Program-made: the position numbers and the translations under genes
In this document: positions 25,783 to 32,000 of the stretch, in pieces
How the letters are laid out: the number at the start of each line of letters is the position of its first letter
Numbering within the stretch: position 1 is the first letter of the stretch
NCBI RefSeq assembly: GCF_000014265.1
Contig: NC_008312.1
Span: forward strand, 2,250,001-2,282,000
Origin: Trichodesmium erythraeum IMS101
GTDB lineage: Bacteria; Cyanobacteriota; Cyanobacteriia; Cyanobacteriales; Microcoleaceae
Reading direction: 5' to 3'
DNA: 32,000 nt
The notes under the pieces: model-generated
The model's input: only the letters and a program-made list of their open reading frames with translations
Databases searched by the model: none
Told to the model about the DNA's origin: nothing

Positions 25783-28700
25783 TTATTTATCATTACTTAC
25801 CAAAACCTTTTGTTGAATTCTCATAGTGCGTTTCATCAGATTTTGCCATTCTTCATAACTTGTAAGTTTTTCACTATCAAACTCTAGACCTTTTTCCTGA
25901 AAGAAATTAGCAAACCTATCTAACCAATCCATAACTACTTCTGTGCGAGAAATTTCTGTATATTTCAAGGACTTCTGAAGGCGCTCTTGCATCTCAGCTA
26001 AATTATTATTTTGATAAGCATACCATGCTTCCCATACTAACAATTTATATTCTGTTTTACCCTCTGATTTTAAATCTCTCAAAATAGCTTGCTGATATTG
26101 CAATTTCTCTAACTCCGACTTGGTTTCTATTAGTTGAGACTTAGTTCCTACTAATTCTTTCTGCACATTTTGTTGTTGAGATTGGGACTGTTGCAATAAT
26201 ATTTCTGTTTTCCGCCATTGAGTCTGAATTTCTTGCAATACTGCCTGAGTTTCTTGTAGCTGTATTTGCATATTTTCCCGTTCTTCATCAGTTTGATGTA
26301 GTTGAGTTTTAAACTCTATTAATAAGGATTTTGTTTGTTGTGATTGAGAATTAGATTTTTGCAAGAGTGTTTCTGTCTGCTGAAGTTGAGAATTAGACTC
26401 TACTAATTCTGTTTTTGTCTGCTGAAGTTGAGAGTTAGACTCTACTAATTCTGTTTTTGTCTGCTGAAGTTGAGAATTAGACTCTACTAATTCTGTTTTT
26501 GTCTGCTGAAGTTGAGAATTAGACTCTACTAATTCTGTTTTTGTCTGCTGAAGTTGAGAATTAGACTCTACTAATTCTGTTTTTGTCTGCTGAAGTTGAG
26601 AATTAGACTCTACTAATTCTGTTTTTGTCTGCTGAAGTTGAGAATTAGACTCTACTAATTCTGTTTTTGTCTGCTGAAGTTGAGAATTAGACTCTACTAA
26701 TTCTGTTTTTGTCTGCTGAAGTTGAGAATTAGACTCTACTAACTCTATTTGAAGTTCTTGATTTTGTAGTTGCGATCGCTTCAACTCTTGTTTAGTTTTA
26801 TGTAACTCAGACTTTGATATTTCCCATTTGTTTTGACTTTTTTGAATTTCTTTTAATTCTGCTTCTGACTTTTCCCATCTTGTTTCTTTGTCTTTTAGTT
26901 GAGAATTAGATTCTGTTAAATCTGCTTGAGTTTGATTCAGTTGAGATTGAATTTGTTGTAATTCTTGGTGAGTTTTTTGCAAGTCAGATCCAGACCTTTC
27001 TAATTCTAGTTTAATCTTTTCTAGCTCAGAATTAGATTCTGTTAACTCTGCCTCTTTTGCCTGCAATATTGCCTCAGTTTCTGTTAACTTAGACTGAGTT
27101 TGCTGTTTTTGTTCTTCAGCCTGTTTTAGCTGAGATTGATTTTTTTCTACTTCTTGGTGAGTTTTTTGTAAGTCAGATCCAGACCTTTCTAATTCTAGTT
27201 TAATCTTTTCTAGCTCAGAATTAGATTCTGTTAACTCTGCCTCTTTTGCCTGCAATATTGCCTCAGTTTCTGTTAACTTAGACTGAGTTTGCTGTTTTTG
27301 TTCTGTAGCCTGTTTTAGCTGAGAGTGATATTCTTCCAACAGAACCTCAGTTCCTGCTAACTGAGACTGATATTTTTCCCACTCTTCCTGACTTTGATGT
27401 AGCTGATATTTATAAATGAATAATTCACCTTTACTTTCCGACAAATTCTGTCTTGTTACTCCTAATTCTATCTGAGTTCGTTGAAGTTGTGAATAAGTAT
27501 CTTCTAATGCTTTTTCTGCATCTTGTAAATCTTGCTGATATTTTTTTAAAACTACCTCTTTTGCTACTAATTGTGATTGAGAAGATTCCCAAAATTCTTG
27601 AGTTTTGTGTAGCTGATTTTGGCTAGTTTTTAATTTAATTTTAGTCTCGTACAGACTATGTTTTGTTTGTCCTAATTCCGCTTGATTTTGTTTATCTTGA
27701 AATTTAAATTTATCCAATAATTCTTCATTAGTTTCTAGCTGAAATTTCAATTCTTTCCATGCTAATTCTGCTTCCTGAAGTTTACATATATTTTTTTCTA
27801 ATTCTTCTAGATTTTGATGCAATTGTGACTGATATTGTACTAATTCCCCTTGAGTTTCATCTAGCTTAGATTGTGTTTCTAGCAACTCTTTTTGTGTCCC
27901 TTGATATTTTTGTAATTCACCTTCTTTTTCCTTTAGCTCTGACTGACATTGTATGAGTTCAGTTTTAGTTTCATTTAACTGGGATTTAGCAGTAGCTAAT
28001 TCATTTTTAGTTTGGTCAAATTTAGTTTGAATCTGTTGAACTTTTTGAAACTCATCCTGTGTTTTTTCTAATACTTTTTCTTTGTTGTGGAGTTGTTGTT
28101 GAGATTCTGATAATTTCGCCTCTGTACCATTTAGTTGAGAAACATATTTTTCTAAATCATCTTGTGTTTTTGTCAACTGAGACTTTACTTCTGTTAACTC
28201 TAACTGACTTTTTTCGTATACTTTTTCTTTGTTGTGGAGTTGTTGTTGAGATTCTGATAATTTCGCCTCTGTACCATTTAGTTGAGAAACATATTTTTCT
28301 AAATCATCTTGTGTTTTTGTCAACTGAGACTTTACTTCTGTTAACTCTAACTGACTTTTTTCGTATACTTTTTCTTTGTTGTGGAGTTGTTGTTGAGATT
28401 CTGATAATTTCGCCTCTGTACCATCTAGTTGAGTAATATATTTTTCTAACTCATCTTGTATTTGTATTAACTGAGACTTTACTTCTGTTAATTCTAACTG
28501 ACTTTTTTCGTCTTGATTTTTATACTTTTCTAGTTCTACTAGCAGAATTTTATTTTGTTTTCCTAAGCTCGATAAATTCATCCAATCTTGAAATGCCCAA
28601 TTTCTATAGGGAGATGATTTAATTTTTTCTTGCCAAGAAAAGTCTAGTGTTTCATCTTCTGCTTTCCATGATCTTGCTTCTAACTCCTGATACATTTCTA

Positions 28701-29412
28701 TAGCTTCAGGAAAGTAATAATCTATGATAGTAGGTCTATGACTTTCTGTTGATACTCGATTATTAAATAATAATGGATCATAATTATTTACAACAGGATA
28801 ATTAAAATTTGTCTTAAATTTTTGATTTATTTTTTCGATAAATACTTCTTGACTATTAATTATTGTTTGAATATTTGTCAACAGGCAACGATCAGCAGCA
28901 TAATTATAAAAATCAATAATTTTTTGGTTGTAGTGTAACCATAATTTTATGGCTAGTTCTGGCTGGTTTTGAAATATCTGATATTGCTGATTATACAGAG
29001 AATTAACTACTTCCCAAGGAGACCGATAAATCAATATAAATTTAGCATTTGGTAGTAGGTATGACCAAAAATCTAGGAATAAAGTTGTCCGGGGTTCTTT
29101 CCATCCCCAATTTTCACTTATTGAGTTTTTGGCAATAATTTCTCTAGCTTTTTCTTGAAAGCTTTCTTCTACATCTATTTTTTCTTGTAAAGTCCACCCA
29201 TCCTCATCTATACCTTGGGATTGTAATACATTTTTATGAAATTCATAGAAGTCTAAATTTTCAAAATCTCCTTTAGTATTGTATTCATTTCCCTTCATTA
29301 ATTTCCGGCCTATGTGCAAACCTGCACTTTGGAGGATAGAAGCTGTTAAGGAACTTCCCGAACGGTGCATACTGCTAATAATTAGAGTTGATTTTTCTGT
29401 TCTATGCATCAT
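25783..29412 (-). CDS. N-terminal P-loop sulfotransferase domain followed by a ~800-aa coiled coil built from nested tandem repeats
   Basis: 1209-aa ORF. 'LIISSMHRSGSSLTASIL', 'WGWKEPRTTLFLDFW' and 'FILIYRSPWEVVNSL' are sulfotransferase motifs. The rest is Q/E/K/L/S/T-rich with repeat families of 14, 49 and 63 aa. The short C-terminal tail is non-repetitive. Confidence 0.85.
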   Translation of the reverse strand: MMHRTEKSTLIISSMHRSGSSLTASILQSAGLHIGRKLMKGNEYNTKGDFENLDFYEFHKNVLQSQGIDEDGWTLQEKIDVEESFQEKAREIIAKNSISENWGWKEPRTTLFLDFWSYLLPNAKFILIYRSPWEVVNSLYNQQYQIFQNQPELAIKLWLHYNQKIIDFYNYAADRCLLTNIQTIINSQEVFIEKINQKFKTNFNYPVVNNYDPLLFNNRVSTESHRPTIIDYYFPEAIEMYQELEARSWKAEDETLDFSWQEKIKSSPYRNWAFQDWMNLSSLGKQNKILLVELEKYKNQDEKSQLELTEVKSQLIQIQDELEKYITQLDGTEAKLSESQQQLHNKEKVYEKSQLELTEVKSQLTKTQDDLEKYVSQLNGTEAKLSESQQQLHNKEKVYEKSQLELTEVKSQLTKTQDDLEKYVSQLNGTEAKLSESQQQLHNKEKVLEKTQDEFQKVQQIQTKFDQTKNELATAKSQLNETKTELIQCQSELKEKEGELQKYQGTQKELLETQSKLDETQGELVQYQSQLHQNLEELEKNICKLQEAELAWKELKFQLETNEELLDKFKFQDKQNQAELGQTKHSLYETKIKLKTSQNQLHKTQEFWESSQSQLVAKEVVLKKYQQDLQDAEKALEDTYSQLQRTQIELGVTRQNLSESKGELFIYKYQLHQSQEEWEKYQSQLAGTEVLLEEYHSQLKQATEQKQQTQSKLTETEAILQAKEAELTESNSELEKIKLELERSGSDLQKTHQEVEKNQSQLKQAEEQKQQTQSKLTETEAILQAKEAELTESNSELEKIKLELERSGSDLQKTHQELQQIQSQLNQTQADLTESNSQLKDKETRWEKSEAELKEIQKSQNKWEISKSELHKTKQELKRSQLQNQELQIELVESNSQLQQTKTELVESNSQLQQTKTELVESNSQLQQTKTELVESNSQLQQTKTELVESNSQLQQTKTELVESNSQLQQTKTELVESNSQLQQTKTELVESNSQLQQTKTELVESNSQLQQTETLLQKSNSQSQQTKSLLIEFKTQLHQTDEERENMQIQLQETQAVLQEIQTQWRKTEILLQQSQSQQQNVQKELVGTKSQLIETKSELEKLQYQQAILRDLKSEGKTEYKLLVWEAWYAYQNNNLAEMQERLQKSLKYTEISRTEVVMDWLDRFANFFQEKGLEFDSEKLTSYEEWQNLMKRTMRIQQKVLVSNDK
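26377..26754. repeat. 42-bp tandem array, 8 near-identical copies plus 1 diverged terminal copy (14-aa unit LVESNSQLQQTKTE)
   Basis: Unit ctgctgaagttgagaattagactctactaattctgtttttgt tiles exactly from 26377 in 42-nt steps. The only substitution in copies 1-8 is A>G in copy 2. A degenerate copy lies at 26335..26376. Confidence 0.95.
26964..27325. repeat. Two tandem copies of a 189-bp unit (63 aa)
   Basis: Anchor 'cttggtgagttttttg(c/t)aagtcagatccagacc' occurs at 26964 and 27153. The copies are nearly identical over ~170 nt. Confidence 0.9.
28073..28513. repeat. Three tandem copies of a 147-bp unit (49 aa)
   Basis: Anchor 'actttttctttgttgtggagttgttgttgag' occurs at 28073, 28220 and 28367. The protein repeat is 'EKSQLELTEVKSQLTKTQDDLEKYVSQLNGTEAKLSESQQQLHNKEKVY'. 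Confidence 0.9.
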
Positions 29413-30693
29413 GTTTATTTTGATTATGTATTGCTGAATATTAGTAAGTACTTACATAAAACCATTTACCTATTCTAATTCTCTGCAATTTTTATAATGC
29501 AAATAATTTCCTTATATAAATGTGTAATTGTAATTAATTTTGTGTACTTACTTATTTAGTATATAATTTAATTTTAACCTTTTTTCAAATAATTAATAAC
29601 CCTTCCATAGCATTCCATAGAAACATAAAGTAATCCCAAGAGTTTGCTTTATTTTTATCTAAGTTAGGTGTTCTATATTTATTTTATCTTGTTACCATTA
29701 TTTATGTATATTTGTCAACCAATTTTAAATTCCCATTTTAGAAAGATATCATACCTCTAAAGGAATATTTCACTAGATCACAACTTACATAAAACCACCT
29801 CTAGAGATGATGTATAATTTTATATGATTACTTAATCCAGATTTATCACATCTTATCGTCAATAGTATATTAATCTGCTACTACTCAAAATCATCAATCA
29901 ATTATATTTTAGGGTAGAAAAATTATTTTTTTTGACAAAAATTAAAGCTAATTAGTTTCCTTCTTTAATCCTAGAAAAATTAAAATTCATGGATTCCTCA
30001 AAAAAAATTTATTACAAAAGTTTGTTATTGTAATTGATGCTTAAAAATGCGTCATATTATTACCTCTTTACCTGCAAATAATCACTCTTTCTTAATTTTA
30101 TACAGAGAAATATTATCCGAGAATTGAGATAGAAAACAGAATTAAATAATAACAACTATATTTATTCTTATGCCCTACTTCAACACAGACATTTCAGACT
30201 AATAAACTAAAATTGGGCCATCTTAATTTGCTTATATCTTAATTCCATCTTTTTGACAAAATCGTTTAAATAAAACATCTTTTTCTCAAGCTATAATCAG
30301 AACAATTAGTTTAATTTTTATGAAACTGGGAACCATAAATACTATTAGCTATAGAATAACTGTAATTAGAATTATGCATATGTTGTCCTGCTTAACATAT
30401 TCTAAATATCCCTTTCTCTCAAATTAAAGCTATTCCTGATACTAGGTGATATTTCGATATAAAATATACGTATCATAATATAACCCTGATTAGATAAAAA
30501 AGGACTGTCATAAAATTTCAGTATATTTTGAGATTAAAGATTATATTGAGCCCCTCAATTTACATAATATAATCACTCAGTTTTTAGCTATATTCTTCAT
30601 ATTATTACTCAGAAAACTATAATTTTTATCTTCCTTTTAGATTATTCTAATTTTGATAATTATCAGAAGTATATAAAATCAACTTGTGGCAAA

Positions 30694-30727
30694 TTATAGA
30701 TAAATTATCTATATAATTTATCTATAA
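30694..30727. repeat. Perfect 14-bp inverted repeat with a 6-nt spacer
   Basis: TTATAGATAAATTA (30694..30707), tctata, TAATTTATCTATAA (30714..30727). Located in the ORF-free AT-rich region. Confidence 0.8.
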
Positions 30728-31237
30728 AATCTATCCTTACCTTTATTACACAACCAAATAATTGACTTAAAACTTTATGGGTAATATTGTTCAGATATAT
30801 TCTGTATTGATATGTTGCTTTAATATTTCCCCTGATTGACCGTACCTATATCATAACATAAATCATATATACGCATTAGAGAAACATCTTAAAAATAATC
30901 AATATAATATAATAACATATGATAATAGCCAGATTAAATTCAGGTAATATGCAATAACACAAGGGAAAATTAAATTTCAAGTAATAGATAATTTGCCAGA
31001 ATTTGTTATCGAATTAACTGAACAATAAAGAATTTTTGTAAGTAATTAAACTCCCTTATAAGAGGGAAGCTTGAAATCCACTTTTTTGGTAAATTTAAAA
31101 ATATTAAACTAAGTATCTGACACAGTATAACATTTATTCTATAATGCTAACTACCTCATATAAATTTCATTTTATCTCAAGCTATTAGCAGAATTAGTCT
31201 GCTCAAGTAGTAGGCATTCTTAACATCCTCCTTAGCT

Positions 31238-31416
31238 GTTAGGTGCGCGGGGCTTCTTGCGAGCCGCATCTCCTGGGGGGTTAACCTTTTGCACTTAGTA
31301 AAACTTCCCACTCTATTGGCTGCTACAATTCTAGTCGCGAGCACGAAACATTACCCTAGTCTTGTGTTTGCCTAATAAGTCCGTTTTTTGTCTGATGACT
31401 GCCCGCTCGCTACTAA
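31238..31416. ncRNA. GC-rich, hairpin-forming island: candidate structured RNA or fragment of an RNA element, unclassified
   Basis: My count gives ~58% G+C over 31241..31300 against ~20% over 31081..31140. A local hairpin at 31251..31265 reads GGCUC-GCAA-GAAGCC on the minus strand, giving a GNRA loop. A long-range 10/11 complement links TAGTCGCGAGC (31332..31342) and GCTCGCTACTA (31405..31415). No tRNA, rRNA, RNase P or tmRNA signature was recognised. Confidence 0.25.
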
Positions 31417-31660
31417 TTAATTAACAGAACTAACATAATGTTTTCAAAAAAAACAACTAAAAAATCGCACGCTTATGGGCGAGGCTTTAAATCTAATTTT
31501 TCGGTAAACAAGTAGTAATTTTGTACCTTACCTCCTGAAAATGGAATGAATTTAGCAACAATATCCTGACATATTTACAACTAGCAAATAGTGTAGAATA
31601 TTATTAATAAGTAATATTATTCCACCCTCAATTATCAAATACAGGAAACTCTATATAACA

Positions 31661-32000
31661 ATGACAACAACAGCAACAGAAACCAGTGTTAACTATCTTC
31701 ATATTGGGAATAAATTATTAAGGCAAGGTAACTTCCCTGAAGCTGCTGATGCTTATCGCCAAGTCATTAAACTTAACCCCAAATCAGCAGTAGGTCATCA
31801 AAACCTAGGAGAAGCTCTCAGTTTACAGGGAAATTTAGAAGAGGCAGCAAATATCTATTATCAAGGAATTCAACTACAGAAAAATTATCCCTGGTCTTAC
31901 TATAATTTAGGAGAAATTCTGATTAAACTTGAGAGGTTTGATGAAGCAGTTATTTATCTACGTCAAGCTATTGAACTTAATCCAGATTTTTCCAATTTTC
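31661..32000 (+). CDS. TPR-repeat protein, 5' partial (runs off the window)
   Basis: From the ATG at 31661 the frame is open to the window end. It reads 'MTTTATETSVNYLHIGNKLLRQGNFPEAADAYRQVIKLNPKSAVGHQNLGEAL...EEAANIYYQGIQL...FDEAVIYLRQAIELNPDF', which are canonical TPR units. It is absent from the ORF track, presumably because no stop codon is reached. Confidence 0.75.
   Translation, partial: MTTTATETSVNYLHIGNKLLRQGNFPEAADAYRQVIKLNPKSAVGHQNLGEALSLQGNLEEAANIYYQGIQLQKNYPWSYYNLGEILIKLERFDEAVIYLRQAIELNPDFSNF

Noticed and set aside
26377-26754. Regular 42-bp repeat array considered as a CRISPR array
   Set aside because: The units are head-to-tail with no spacers. They lie in frame inside a 1209-aa ORF, encode a 14-aa coiled-coil unit, and have no cas genes nearby.
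28059-28436. 125-aa plus-strand ORF with an internally repeated sequence
   Set aside because: It is antisense to the 147-bp repeats of gene 25783..29412. The open frame is an artefact of repeating a stop-free unit, and the peptide is low-complexity hydrophobic.
29451-29800. 14-nt direct repeat CTTACATAAAACCA occurring twice, near 29451 and near 29785
   Set aside because: In ~2 kb of ~20-25% G+C sequence, one such match is roughly what chance would give. There is no further structure around it.
31222-31234. ACATCCTCCTTA, which resembles the 16S rRNA 3' end; on the minus strand it reads AAGGAGG followed directly by ATG
   Set aside because: There is no rRNA context. The minus-strand ATG abuts the SD-like motif with no spacing and opens only a 7-codon frame (MLRMPTT*).
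31243-31660. Group II intron, suggested by GUGCG at 31243 and the GC-rich structured start
   Set aside because: I found no recognisable domain V (AGC-containing 34-nt hairpin) and no reverse-transcriptase/maturase ORF. Only ~420 nt remain before the next gene. At most it is a 5' fragment, so I kept it as an unclassified RNA candidate.

Overview
AT-rich DNA of cyanobacterial origin. The HIP1 octamer GCGATCGC occurs at least 14 times, against about 0.1 expected at this base composition. I cannot name the species; a filamentous marine or benthic cyanobacterium is only a guess. All domain names come from motifs read by eye, and no database search was possible.

The window is dominated by an accessory-looking island (45..29412) of large multi-domain tailoring enzymes with no transmembrane segments visible by eye. 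By my count it holds six sulfotransferase-like, six SAM-methyltransferase and six glycosyltransferase-like domains, spread over about 11 genes in unusual fusions. No transporter, polymerase/flippase, PAPS-synthesis or sugar-nucleotide gene is visible.

Three things stand out:
- A ~110-aa 'GW' module recurs in seven genes, fused to different catalytic domains.
- Two adjacent giant proteins join catalytic heads to very long coiled coils. These are built from near-perfect tandem DNA repeats of 42, 147, 189 and 282 bp, and three of the four periods are exact heptad multiples. The layout recalls the WbdD 'molecular ruler' chain terminator.
- The island is decaying. An IS630-like element splits a methyltransferase-GT2 gene, an IS1-like relic keeps its inverted repeats and 9-bp target duplication, a paralog carries an in-frame TAG, and a Uma2 nuclease gene is frameshifted.

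A 2.25-kb stretch with no ORF in the supplied track (29413..31660) contains a sharply GC-richer, hairpin-forming ~190-nt island. It is a candidate structured RNA that I could not classify. A TPR gene starts at 31661 and runs off the window.
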